64,000 nucleotides of DNA, taken from assembly GCA_964035545.1 (NCBI GenBank), contig OZ037772.1, forward strand, positions 372,001 through 436,000, read 5' to 3'. Position 1 is the stretch's first letter. Every line of letters starts with the position of its first letter. The position numbers and the translations under genes were made by a program. This DNA comes from Bugula neritina. Lineage: Eukaryota > Animalia > Bryozoa. Positions 11,527-24,900 of this stretch are shown in pieces. A model generated the notes under the pieces. That model was given only the letters and a program-made list of their open reading frames with translations. It was not told the origin of the DNA and ran no database searches.

Positions 11527-14500
11527 AACAGAGCACCTGTCCCAAACTCCATCTCCACAAAGTGGTCAGCCACAATAGGTATTCTCCTGTCAGCAAAAGG
11601 ATGTCTCACGAATTTCCCGTGTAAGTGTTTGTATCGGCCGTCTTCAGGGTGGACAGCCACGGCAGTGTCACCTACAATAGTTACCAGACTTTATAGTCTC
11701 TCACAGTATTGAGTATTGATATACAATTATATATTTACTGAGTGTTTACCAGATCCAACTTCACAGTCACTATACTCAGAGTACACAACTCCCAGTAAGT
11801 TAGTATCAAGCTAATTAACCACTAACCCCCTATTCACACTTACCGTATCGTACGCCGTAACAGCAAATATCAGCCATTTTTATGAATGTCTGAGCTTCCT
11901 GTCCGGTGTTGCGGTACGGTAGGATCAAGCACTGCTTGATTCAAGTAAGTTGCGGCGGACTCCTATTGGACAGAAAAACTTTTGCGTTAATTCATTGGAT
12001 AAAAATGTCTAATGTAGCGTCATAGATCGTACCTAATAGCGGACTTTGAAAACTTCAACCCGCACCTTAAACCAAAATGGAATAATAAAATTAAAGAACT
12101 TAGGCTATCTCAAGTTCTCCACTACTGCTCCTAAGTGAGAAAGTAAGAATAGTTAGAGAGATCTACTGGAGTTATTTCAACTGGCAGCAAGAGTCAGCCA
12201 TTATTACGTTGCTAAGCAACAAAGCTATTAGTGACATTGATGTCTACTAACTCAACATAGTTTCTAATCTAGTTGTGGCCACAATGATTTCTTCGTCAGA
12301 GTCTTACACTTTATATGCAAAGGAAAGGAGAACTCCGAACTCCACCTTCTCCTTGTAGCCAGGCACAGAGAGCATAGTCCTTCCTGTCAACTCTACTTTG
12401 TCTACCTGCAATCAGTGATACAACTCTCTCAGACTATACAGGTCAAAGGTTAAACTGTAGTGTGTGCTTCTGAGTCACTGCGTTCTCATTCTTTTCTATT
12501 AGTTCACATTGTGTAAATGGATGCTCGTACGAATGAATATGTGGCTGTGGTCTCATTGATGTATTCATTCGAAGATGGTCATAATGTAATATATCAGGCT
12601 GTGTCTGAATACTACTATTAGGTTAGTTACCACCAACACACAAGTCTCGCAGTGAATAAACAGTTGACGTGCACACAGCAGGGAGTCAGACTGATACTGT
12701 ACAATATACCTCAATATCAGAGATGGCAGAGTTGAGAGTACAGGACCAGTTGACGAGTCGGTTAGCTCTGTAGATCACACCTTTCTCGTGCATTCTGATA
12801 AACGCTTCGTTCACCGCTTTCAAAGATTTCTAATAAACAATTATATATTAGTCATGTGTCAAGTGTGAACTGATTGGAAACAAGGCCTCATGATTAACCA
12901 ATCATAGAGAGGATAACACACTGAGTCAGTAAACAGTCGACACGGCATATAGACTCCACTACTCAAACATAATACATGTATAGAGAGGATAACTCCTCAC
13001 CTCATCCACAGTGAACGTAGTTCTGTCCCAGTCATAAGACCGGCCCACTTTCCTCAACTGATGGTAGATTCTGTCTCCTTTTCTATAGAAATTATATAAT
13101 AACACTGACCAATCGTTGTGCTGCAAAACTTAGTTATATTACCAACTTAAATAATGAGTCCAATGATATAGTGTGATGAAGTAAACCTATATTTAACTTT
13201 TTGTATATTCAATTATATATATTAATTTTATCATATTATCATATATATTATATATTATCTTATATCAAACTGTAGCAACTGCACACCAATAAGATAAAAT
13301 AAAAACTCAAACCCGAATACTAAGTCGCCATGAAATGCATTTTCAAGATAAAATATTCCCTTACTGGTTCTTCCAGTCCCACACTCGTCTCACAAACTCA
13401 TCTCGTCCCAAATCGTGTCGAGTTTTATTCTCTTCTCTAGCGAGTTTTTTCTCGACGACAACTTGAGTGGCTATTCCTGCGTAGTCACATCCGGGTACAA
13501 ACAGTGTCACCTTCCCATTCATCCGGTGCTTGTCAATACAACAGAACTGACACCTGCAGACACCTGACAGACAAGCATATCAGACACCTGTAGATATTCT
13601 GGAAAGGTGCTGAGAGAAATATCTGTGGTTGAACCAACATCAATATAATAGATGAATGACTTATGCCAACCGGTACTTGACACAAATTTTATCAGCATTC
13701 AAAAGAGAATTAACAGGGGGATGTTCATAGCCTGTCTGTGGAATATCTCAAAGTGACTTGGCAAGATGCCGAAATGTCATGTAGTCACCACCAGAGGAAT
13801 GGTGTCTACTGTTACATGCTATAAGCTACATACACCACCAGTTTAGTGACTAGGTAAGTACGGAGTTGTCTCATCTATATGAATGAACATCTCACCACCG
13901 AACTATCGCATCCTCAACCGCCCCCGTGAGGGCGTGTCCTAGGTGAAGAGTCCCGGTCACATTAGGGGGAGGGATCAGGATGATAAACTTCTCTTCAGGT
14001 GTGAGTTTCAGCACATCTCTACCTGTTACAAAGCAACCAATCACATCTCTCTCGGTTACAAAGTAAAAAGCAACCAATCACAGTACCTGTTACAAGAGAG
14101 TAACAAATCACACCTCTACGTGTTAGAAGTAACCAATCACACATTATAGACTTTACTATGATGAGAAGTGTACCCTTGAGATTATACTCAGGTTTGAAGA
14201 ATCCTTCCTTCTCCCACCAAGAGTACCAGGCAGCTTCCACATAGGACGGGGAGTAAGAACCAGGCATGGGACACGTCGTGTCTAGAATAACAGAAAACTA
14301 TAAAGTATAGGGGGGCAGCTGTGGTCTAGGGGTTAGAGCGTTTGTCTAGTGAACACGAAGCCATTGTTTGACAAAGGCCATTGGTGACGTTAGAAAGAGT
14401 ATCTAGTCATAATTGCTCCTGTGCCACATCTAAAAAAGTCCTTAGCCTGTTTTAACAAAAATGCTTTCCACCAGGAGTCTCTCACAAGGATGGTGACTAT

Positions 14501-16889
14501 GCACTGATATCTAGATATACTAAGTTGAGACTTGTCTTCTACTGGTCCATACAGTTCAAATATGATAAACACATGTATAAATACAATAATCTATTCATAG
14601 CCCATAGTCTAACCACCAACCAGGACGAATAAATAAGACGGTGGCCTGACACTACTACTACAACTTATATAACTTATACACAGCAGACTGTTAGGAGTAT
14701 TTGAATCTGAGGCTATCCAATGTATGAGTAGGGCAGCCCTAAATGTAGGATATTGGAATACCATGTCTTATTACTTCAGTCTAAAGCAGTTCTTATACCT
14801 TCACGATTTTCAGTCAGAAATTCAATTTTGATGAGTTGCATTTCATTGTAAAAGCCAATCATCAAAATTTTTGCTTTGTGCATGCTTAATCAAATAATTT
14901 TAGAGTAACAATCAAAGGAAATGATAACTCCTTTAGATATGGGGTATTCATGTTTATAATTACATCGGCTGTCTTTTTCAATTATCACTTTTATGCTGTC
15001 AACTTAATTTATTACGTTTTCAAAGGGCATCAAATAGTGATTAAGCGAGTTATATTTGAGTATTACAGAGTGAGCTTCCTTTATTAATATGATTTACACA
15101 ATTTTAAGTAAGACTATAGAGGGGCGGGAAACACTGAACTCCTTTCAGTAAAGATAGAAACGCAACTTCAGTTTAAACTGCTTACACACATAACTGTGTG
15201 TTCACTACCGAGCAGTGTACACTGATAAATCAGTGCTTCAACTGAAACTTGTAAGTAAAGGAATGAAGAGCTCAATTGAGTATAAAATGTAGAGAATAAT
15301 TGAACTGAACTTTTCTTATGGCCAACTGGTGTGTCATCGACATACGTTACTACAGCCTTCTCCTTTTTCTCTTTCACTTTTTTCTAGAAAAAAAAAATCA
15401 AATTTGAAGAAAATAAAATGGAAATTGTTAGCTACAGATACAGACAACTTCCAGGTAAAAGTACAGCCATACAGTCGCAATACGAATATGTAATTCAAGT
15501 AACACTTTCATGTAGAAGTACAACCATAAATATGAATAGAAAGTAACACAAATATATACATTTAGGAGCAGTAGTGTAGAAATCGAGATAGCCTAGGTTC
15601 TTTAATTTTATTATCAAATTTTGGTTTGGGGCTTGGGTTGAAATTCTTACAAAAACACAACTTCTTATGCTACATTTCTAATCTAGAACACAGGCTTTCT
15701 CAATTTCTCCATTACTGCACCTACCTTAGTATATATAGAACCTGTAACTAACTAAACAGACACCTCAGTAGTCGTGGCAGACTCTGCCTTCTGTTTAGCC
15801 TGCTTAGCTTGAAACTTGGCTAGTTTAGCAGCTTTAGCAGCTTCTTTCTATAACTCTTTCTCAGATTTCACCTTGACCTCGCCAGTTGGCGCATCACCAG
15901 GGTTCACTTCCGACATGTTCGTTTATTGTGAGACTTCCCTTATAACACAATCAGCCGGCATGGAACTAATAGATATCTCAATACTAAACATACAAACTAT
16001 TGACCCAGTATAGTTATAGACAGATATCTTAATACTAATAATATAAACTAATAGCTCAGTATTGCCTTAGTTATGCGTGGGGGTTCAGTGATAACACTCC
16101 TATAAACCACACAGTTCAATAATGAAAGACTGTGACTTTTCACGAACAGACATCTCATCTCTGATTCTAATGAAAAATCACGAAATTTTCAGACAAACGA
16201 TACTGCATTTCAACTTTGTGACTATCACATGATAATAATCATTGTCATTTGAAAGATTCTGCTAAAATCGAAATGCCAATGTTAATCACAAGGTCAACCA
16301 TAAATGACTCAGTCTGATGACTGACGGTTATGCTTAATGATTAATTAGTAATATGAATAGATTGCAAGTGATCAGCATGATGATGGTGATGATTGCTTTT
16401 CACCATCAAAGGTCAAACTTTGTAATTGCAGCTTGAAATGTAAAATTAAATAATATTACTTTTATTTAATTATACAAGTATAACTTACTATCATAACAAC
16501 ATTCAACTTTATGTAGTCATTATGAACATGATAACGGTTTACCTTTTACTTTAGGTGATGATTATACTATTCACGATTATCATTATGTCTACCATTATGA
16601 TTATCTCAACTATAACCTATCAATTACGATAATTAACCATTTATTTTTTAATGATAAAAACTTAAATCATTGAATGAACACTAAAAGTAATTTAAATTCA
16701 CACTTTTATTATCATAACTATGAAATTAATATTAATAGGCATATTTGATTTTTAGATTACAATAATAATTATCAAATCATGGTATAGAATTAAATATTAT
16801 AGTTAATATTATTATAAATATAATTAATATAATTGTATTTATTGAAACTAAAATAGTAAGGTAAACTAAATGAATTATCGACATGAGTA

Positions 16890-17280
16890 TGAGTAGGCCA
16901 CAACTAGAAGGTGCAGCAGCAATTTGAGATCCCCGTTTGCAATACCTCATCAAAGAAATAGAACAGGTGCAAAATAATGCAATCAGATTCATTGCTAAAT
17001 TGAAAGGCAGAGACAGTATCACTGTGGCACGTGACAAACTAAACCTAGAATCTCTCCCCGACAGACGCTTCAAGCTGAGGCACAAGTTACTGTTGCGACT
17101 TCTATCTAATGAGGGAAATCAGGCATCTCTAACCAACTCCTATGAACTGATGAACAGTAAAACCTAAAATACTAGGTTTACTAAGGCATCAAGCAGGGAC
17201 GATCCCTCAACCATTTTTGCAAAATCAACAGCCTACTACAGCAGCTTCTTTCCAAAAACAGCCCGAGAGCTTAAGTCTAT
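16890..17280 (+). mobile_element. Degenerate LINE ORF2 3' fragment (copy at ~46755-47143)
   Basis: RPQLEGAAAI*DP..IEQVQNNAIRFI..LNLESLPDRR resembles the post-RT C-terminus of non-LTR elements. Confidence 0.75.
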
Positions 17281-19977
17281 GCTAAATAATTAGTCAATAC
17301 ACCAGAGTTGTATATGTGCAACATACTGAAAATACTTGCTAGCCTGTAATCGGCAACTGTAGAGGTGTGCTTCTTGCTACATGCTCTAATGCGTGTAAGA
17401 GGTAAGAGGACTATCAATATGACTATCAATATTAGTAGGAGTACCCAAGTACCAGTAGACATAGTAGCTGTAGAAAGTCTATCCCAATCAGTAACTGTAA
17501 GCCGTGAGGGCTGAGACTATCACTAGGAATATAAAAAACTATAACTTGAGTATAACTAATTAAAGGTGAGTTAACATAAATTAAAAAATAATAAATATAA
17601 TTACTACAAAATCAAAATGAAATATGCATTATAAATATTTATATTTTTATTTTATAATAAGTTTTTAATTTATTTATATCATTTTATTTAGGTTCATCAC
17701 CTTTCATTATGATTAATGAAATTGATAAATCATATTCATAACGATAATGATGATCACTTAAAAAAAATTGATAAACCCATAATCATAACCATAATGATTA
17801 TATTTATTATTATCATTTATCGCTTATCAGTGATAATCATAATGATAATCATAATGATAATGATAATCTTGATCATAATCAATATGAATATCAATATCAT
17901 GTTATACTTATTCAATAATTATAATTGATTGATTCTTATTCATATTAATAATGAATAAAAAATTATATTAACACTACAACTTACTTAATTAGAGTATTAA
18001 ATTTAGTGATTTACTATTAGTATTACTATTAGTATTAGTATTACTATCACTATGACTATCAGTATTATCACTATTACTATTAGTATTACTATTACTATTA
18101 GTATTACTTACAACTTGCTTATGCAAGAGAATTAAATCTTTAAAGCGTAGCATCCTTTTCAAGCAAAATAAGGATAATAAGTTTCGTCAAATTGAGTTAA
18201 AAACTACAACTTATAAGTCACAAGTATAAAGCAACTTATGCTCAGTCATCACTAATCCTAGTGGGTACAGCAAGCATATAGCATAATTTATTTCACAATG
18301 CGACAAGATTATCTAGACGGTGCGCTTACGCCTCTCATTGTACTTAAGCAATATCCAATTATACGGTTTTTATGACTTTAAAATCCGTTTTTGAGAAGCA
18401 AGGCTAGATAGAAATTAATGATCGATATTGACTCGCTAAGAGTACTCATGTAAACCCGCAAACTACAACTTTTAACTTGACCGCAAAGCTGGAAGTACGA
18501 TAAGCGTCGCCGTATTGATTTCAGGCGAATTTTAGTTGATTTCTTTCAAACTGCTGAGAAGTAATATTTGCTTCCATTTTATGTCTGTATCAGCCATCAG
18601 GGCTATCGCGATACAATTATAAATGTTGTTAATTCAATCAATATTATGAAATAATTAATGAAGGAAATTCAATTTTGACTATATAGAATAATCTCAATCT
18701 AAATAAGTATTACTATTAGTATTATTTATTTATTGTAACACTTGCACATCGTCTTACTCTGACTCTTAGTCAGATAACATAGTACATACTGATACTCATA
18801 CTGATACTCAATCCCATACTCAATCTCATACTGAGTCTGATACTCATAGTCATAGTGATAGTCTTTACCAGATTATTGCTAGATAATTTAAGCTAGTACT
18901 AGTACTACTACTAGTAGTACTAGTACTAGTAGTACTACTACTAGTACTAATAATCACAGTACTAAATACTACTAATAAGTAATAGTATTAGAGTAATACT
19001 AATACTAATAGTAATACTACCACTAGTAGTAGCAGTAGTGCTAGTAGTAGTAGGCTACATGATGATGATCATTATGATTATGATTATGAAGATAGTTATT
19101 ACTATAACTATTACGGTATGAGTATAACTATAACTGTATTAGTATTTGATTTTATTTTGCATTGCTAATTGAAGACCATGCGTTAAAATTAACTGTTTCT
19201 CTCTTTTCTAAATTACATTTCAAGTTGCACACTAATAGACATATATGCTTTCAATTTTTTTGGTCTATCTTCAAGTTGTGAAACTTGACCAGTATGACTA
19301 CGACTAACTGTAACTAGAATAAAATATTGAATAATAGAGAAGTTCCATACCGTTACCCCTCCTTTGACTTAAGCTACCGTCGGTAGTGCTAAAAGAGTGG
19401 AGTCAAAGAAAAGCATAATCACAGAATTCACAGCCTGCTGGTTGGAGATTTTTGTGGTCTAGAGATTGTACTGGGTTACAGAGCTCTTTTTCCGTCTGTG
19501 AATTTTTGATCCCTGCGGTTGTTTCTGACTGTGGGTAGTTGGAGGTGTTGAGGGAGTGGGCTCACTTGGTAGGCTATATTATTGTAATCATATTAACCAA
19601 CTTGACAGTTTACTAATTCATTGTCTAACTCTGTCTGTCTTAGTCTAGTAACACTGTTTATTTATTTATTTACTTATTAATTTATTTATTTGACTAAATC
19701 TTGTCTGTCTTTGTCTAGTAGCATTATTTATTTATTTATTTACTTATTAATTTAATTAAATTACTAGTTTATATTACCAGGTTATATTACTAGTTTATGT
19801 TACCAAGTTATATTACTAGTTTATGTTACCAAATTATATTACTAGTTTATTTTGCCAAGTTATATTACTAGTTTATACTGCTAGTATTCAACAACTACCC
19901 TCCAGCACATCTCAACTCTGACGCAACTAAGCTGACTAATCATCCGTATAGTTTATAGTTTTTGTTGAATTATTCAG

Positions 19978-20854
19978 ACCCTGAGAACTGTGCGTGTGGC
20001 TTCACCTGCGAGTGTGTTGGGGTATGTGACCTTGACAGAGACTGTGGGAAGCTGCAGATCTGTTTGGAGAAAAGATGTTATCAGCAGGCCTCACCAGATG
20101 ACAGAACTGTTGTTTATGATCTTTATCACTCAGAACTAGTAGAACGTTCTTCAGGTTTGAATGCGAAATCTTTGTTCTAAACTCTATTAGAGTTTAAAAG
20201 TGTTGCTTTCTGTTGTACTTATATCTGTGCTGGCCAGGATTTTTGAATGATTTTTGTTATGTATTTACGTAACAGAGTGTAAACTGAATTTGCTTTATTT
20301 TCTACATATTTTGGTTTGCGATTTTTCAGTAGAAACGAGGCATCACACTCGGTGTGATTATCAGCATTTTTTGCAGGTGCTTCTATCTGTGTACTGACAA
20401 CACATCATGTCCTAGTGATGGACAAATCTGTCACCATGGTGTCTGTAAAGAGGGCTGTCAGGTGAGTAGTCGCTATGACCTACACTGCGAGTTATTGATG
20501 ACTTTCATACTATGAGTTATGACTACCTACTATAATTTATACTGCGAGTCCAAGTAGCTGCTGTAACTTATGCTGTGAGTCATGACTAACTGATATCACT
20601 TATACTGTGAGTCAATTATCAAAAATAGAGATATGTTGTGTATGTGAGATATGTGAGGTTATTTAGTGACTAGTTCGCTATTTATAGAGTTTTGTTTCTA
20701 TTAATAGACTGTACTGAAGATGAACAATGTGGATCTGAGTTTACTGAATGCATATCCAACATATGCTATCAGCTTTATCCTCTCAACGATCCAGATCTTT
20801 CTGATGCTGAGCAGGACAGACTCTTTGATGATCGGCTGGACCTACAGAATGATG
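19978..20854 (+). pseudogene. Cys-rich repeat exons (19978-~20154, 20377-20461, 20708-20854), probable N-terminal part of the collagen
   Basis: Splice-bounded exons encode CDLDRDCGKLQICLEKRC, CTDNTSCPSDGQICHHGVC and CTEDEQCGSEFTECISNIC. They are on the same strand directly upstream of the Gly-X-Y exons; linkage to the collagen is inferred. Confidence 0.55.
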
Positions 20855-20858
20855 GTAA

Positions 20859-21117
20859 GTTACTCTGTTAGTACAGTTACTCTGTTAGTATAATTACTCT
20901 GTTAGTATAGTTACTCTGTTAGTACAGTTACTCTGTTAGTATAGTTACTCTGTTAGTATAGTTACTCTGTTAGTACAGTTACTCTGTTAGTATAGTTACT
21001 CTGTTAGTATAGTTACTCTGTTAGTATAATTACTCTGTTAGTATAGTTACTCTGTTAGTATAGTTACTCTGTTAGTATAGTTACTCTGTTAGTATAATTA
21101 CTCTGTTAGTATAGTTA
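20859..21117. repeat. 17-bp minisatellite (longer copy at 54147-54675)
   Basis: Unit GTTACTCTGTTAGTATA. Confidence 0.95.
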
Positions 21118-21980
21118 CAGTAAAAGTTTGCTAGTCATAATAACTTGCACTGTTAGTTGCTCGACAAGTTATTCTACTTCTCTTGTAGCCACAACCAAAG
21201 TGGTGTCTATATATTCTGCTAGTGACTTGAGTAATGACTCATATGTAATTGTAATTAATTACATATCTAATGTAATTGATTTTTGCAATTACTTTACAAT
21301 TACATCTCAATTACTTTAAACTTTTAAATCTTAAAATCTTAAGAAATTTATTCTTTTTTAGCATGACTACTGTTAAATAACAAGTACAGATTAAGTCAAT
21401 GTAGTATAGTATCACTTTTGCGAACAAAGCACGTTCACCACTGTCAAAATTGCCCCTGCTAGGTGGACCCTAGAGGTGAAATTGCATAACTTCCATTTGT
21501 CCTTTGTGAGAACAAAAGTAATTGTAATTGTAATTATTTGCATTGCCATGTAATTGTAATTAATTGCTTTACAATGTAGTTTTGTACTGTAATTAATTAC
21601 ATTTATTTCAACTGTAATTATAATTGTAATTGTAATTGACAAATTCTCATGTAATTGTAATTAGTTACATTCACATGTAATTGACCCCAACCCTGGTTTA
21701 TTATGGAGCTCATACTTTTATTGTTCAAGGTCTAGATGTATTCTCCACCATGTTTTTACTAGAAGTAAACTTTAATTCCGTAATAAGTTTAAAATAAACT
21801 GTTGTTTCGCCTTGTACAGTTTACTATTGCCTGAATATTCTATTGAGAATATTGGCTTAACAATTCCAGTGCAGCGATGTGATTGGCCTGACAATATCAA
21901 AGTAGTGATGTGATTGGCTACTCTGTTCTGTTTTGCAGGGCCATGCCTACTTGTATTATGTGTTAATCTTGTTTTGCAGT

Positions 21981-24900
21981 GAACAGAAAGGGATAATGGG
22001 TCCCAAAAGACACCCGGGATCTTACCATGGAGAGGAAGGGTTCACCCGATGTTGATGGCCTGCCTGGTATATCCGGCAATCCTGGAGATGCAGGAGAAAG
22101 GAGACCACCTTGTTTGTCAGGAGATACCGGACTTTTTGGAGAACCAGGTAATGTTTATGCTCAATTGAGTTTAATCTGTCAAGTTATGTTGGGATCTTTT
22201 TCGTTTTCGTTATTTTATGTTTGTTACGTGGAAAAAGGAACAAACTCTGTCTTGGAGCATTTTGGTTTTTTCAGAGAGCTTTGGATTATTTGATTATGGT
22301 CTACACAGGGGTGTAGACAAACTAAACTAGACAGGGGTGTAGACAAACTAAACTAGACAGGGGTGTAGACAGACTAAACTACATAGGGGTGTAGACAGAC
22401 TAAACAACACAGGGGTGTAAACAGACTAAACTACACTGGGGTGTACACAGACTAAGCTTGACAGGGGCGTAGACAGACTAAACTACATAGGGGTGTAGAC
22501 AGACAAAACTTACTACAAACTTATAACTACCTTGTGTCATGCCGTCATGACATCTTTATTCTCTCCTATAATATGACCTTTATTTAGCGAGCAGATTTCT
22601 AGTAGGCTATTCTATAGTGGCCAGTCACACTGTTTATTATAGCAACATAGAAATCAAATTGAAAACTAGTTGCACCTGTTGTGATGCTATCAATGGGTGC
22701 TTACAGGTAGAGACGGAGTACCTGGACCTGTTGAGATCGGTTATCAGGGTAAACAAGGAGATCAAGGTCCTGCAGGTAAGAATGAGGAGTTACTCACCCT
22801 TGCTTGTGTATTTCTGTTCTTTTTAGGTATTCTATAATATGCTGGGGTTTCCCTCACAGCTATTATATATGCTGGAATTCCCCTCACACCTATGATATAT
22901 GCCGGGGTTTCCCTCACAGCTATGCTATATGCTGGGGTTTCCCTCACAGCTATTATATATGCTGGAATTCCCCTCACACCTATGCTATATGCCGGGGTTT
23001 CCCTCACAGATATTCTATATGCTGGGGTTTCCCTCACAGATATGCTATATGCTGGGGTTCTCCTCACAGCTAGTCTGCACTAAGGCAGGGAGTAGGCTAA
23101 GTAATCATATTGAATCCCAGCAGTGATTGTTACTTCAACTGGCAGGATTACTGTGTATGATAGTTGCTCTGACTGGTTTCCATGGATCATTTTTACCATA
23201 TTGTTTGCCACATGATGCATTGTCTTAGTAAAAACAAGAAAACAAAGAAATATACCAGAAATGTTGAGAATTGTGGTGTTCCAGAATTAATAAATGACCA
23301 CTTGTAATGCGTACTGGTGCTGCTTGGTTCATAGGACCTGTCGAACAAGCTGGAGAACCTGGTCTGGATGGCAGAAATGGAAAGACAGGAGAAACTGCAG
23401 GAACTGGTATGCCTGGTCCAACTGGCTCAAGGGGGGTCACTGGAGAACCCGGATCTGATGGAAGGTAATATTTGTGCTTTACTCTACCCTATTCAGCTTC
23501 TTGGAACTTTTTATTTCATTTAGTTTTTATAATTTGTTGTCAATTTTTTCAGAGTTGGTTTACCTGGAGTACTGGGTGCTGATGGTAAACCTGGGGAGCA
23601 GGGTGATCAAGGACCTCCTGGCCCCATGAGTCCAGTGGGAATCCCCGGTAACCAGGGACCTGAAGGTGCTCAAGGAGACAAGGGTGATAAGGCAGGAACA
23701 TTCTTTATTCAGTTTTCTTTTTATTTCAGTTCTCTGGTTTTCCACTAGTCAATCCTGTAGTTGTTTATTTGTTTTAGTTTATTTATGTTAATACTAGAGT
23801 TGCTTCAGTGACACCACATCATGCAATATATTACACAACAGTACAGTATAATACACCATAATATAATATGTTATACAATACAATAATATTACAGAAAATA
23901 TAATTCAATAATATCTCACAGCTAAGGCGTGTCTCCTAAATATATTCATTACTATAGGGGCCAGCTGGGCCACAGGGTGCTTCTGGACCAACTGGATTGT
24001 CCGGACCGGCGGGTCCACGTGGGCCAACTGGTCCTCAGAGACCCCAGGGAGCTAAGGGAATTCCCGGCGAACAAGGACCTAAAGGTATGAATGAAGTTGA
24101 ACCAATCTTTGTCCTTAGTTATTGGCCATCAACAGAATCATGGCTCTAAGAGTTTTCCTACCTGGTAAGAAGATAAGGCAACTCCTAACTCATGATAATA
24201 TGAATGGTGCTGCTGTTGTAAGACCCACTGGTTTCCAGGGACCTCAGGGATTTCCCAGATCTCCCGGTATTGATGGTGAAAGGGGAGATGTCGGATCACT
24301 TGGTATTGCTGGACCACCCGGGCTACTGGGTGATGATGGCAAACAAGGGATAACTGGTTCTCCTGGTGCTATGGGTCTACCTGGACCTGATGGTGCTAAG
24401 GTAAACACTTACACTCACGCTCACACACGCATGCACTTACACTGTTAGCAGGTTATTGTTATTCATCTTGTTAGTTTAGTTGTAATAAACCAATAGTCTG
24501 TATTTCTAGGGTGAACAAGGGAGAGTTGGGGAAATGGGTGGTCCTGGCAGTCCTGGACCTCCTGGTAAAGCCCAGTATTTGGTTAGTTATTAGCAAATCA
24601 TTGTTCATCACTTGTATCTTTTTTTATTTCTTTTCAACTGTGTATTGATGATCTTTTGGGAATTTCATTCATAGCCTGTGATTGAAGCTTTTATTTTATT
24701 CTACCATGGGTTATGTTAGGTGCTCCCCCTATGATGATGAGTGCAATGATGTCCAACGGTAAAGGTGTACAAGCAGATGATGCAGGCGCCAACAATGAGC
24801 TCTATAATATGTACCTCAGTGAGTAATGGCCATGATGTGCTTTGATGTTGCCCGCTTTGTAGCAGAAAGGCTCTTTGAATGCTGTTTTGGAACTCAAATG

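Larger units (their letters stand above)
7529..15916 (-). pseudogene. VARS1: Valyl-tRNA synthetase pseudogene, copy 1 (intron-containing, 3'-truncated)
   Basis: Exons encode [39 protein letters not shown] (HIGH motif), [34 protein letters not shown] and [15 protein letters not shown]. Stops at 15848-15850, 12304-12306, 10109-10111 and 8947-8949; broken acceptor at 13530; runs into (TAG)n after YWVTGRSYEEAL; no KMSKS half. Confidence 0.93.
1..22940 (+). repeat. Tandem segmental duplication, unit 1 (portion that has a partner in the window)
   Basis: TTTCCTTGATAAGATGGTATAGG at 1 recurs at 33383. Colinear high identity continues through the TRIM exons, minisatellites, ValRS, the LINE fragment and collagen; ~22940 corresponds to 64000. 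Confidence 0.95.

Noticed and set aside
14311-14380. tRNA-like sequence GCAGCTGTGGTCTAGGGGTTAGAGCG
   Set aside because: A-box only, with no T-arm or acceptor pairing; at most a SINE remnant.
16310-16345. CTGATGA hammerhead-like core
   Set aside because: No stem II followed by GAAA, so the catalytic core cannot be built.
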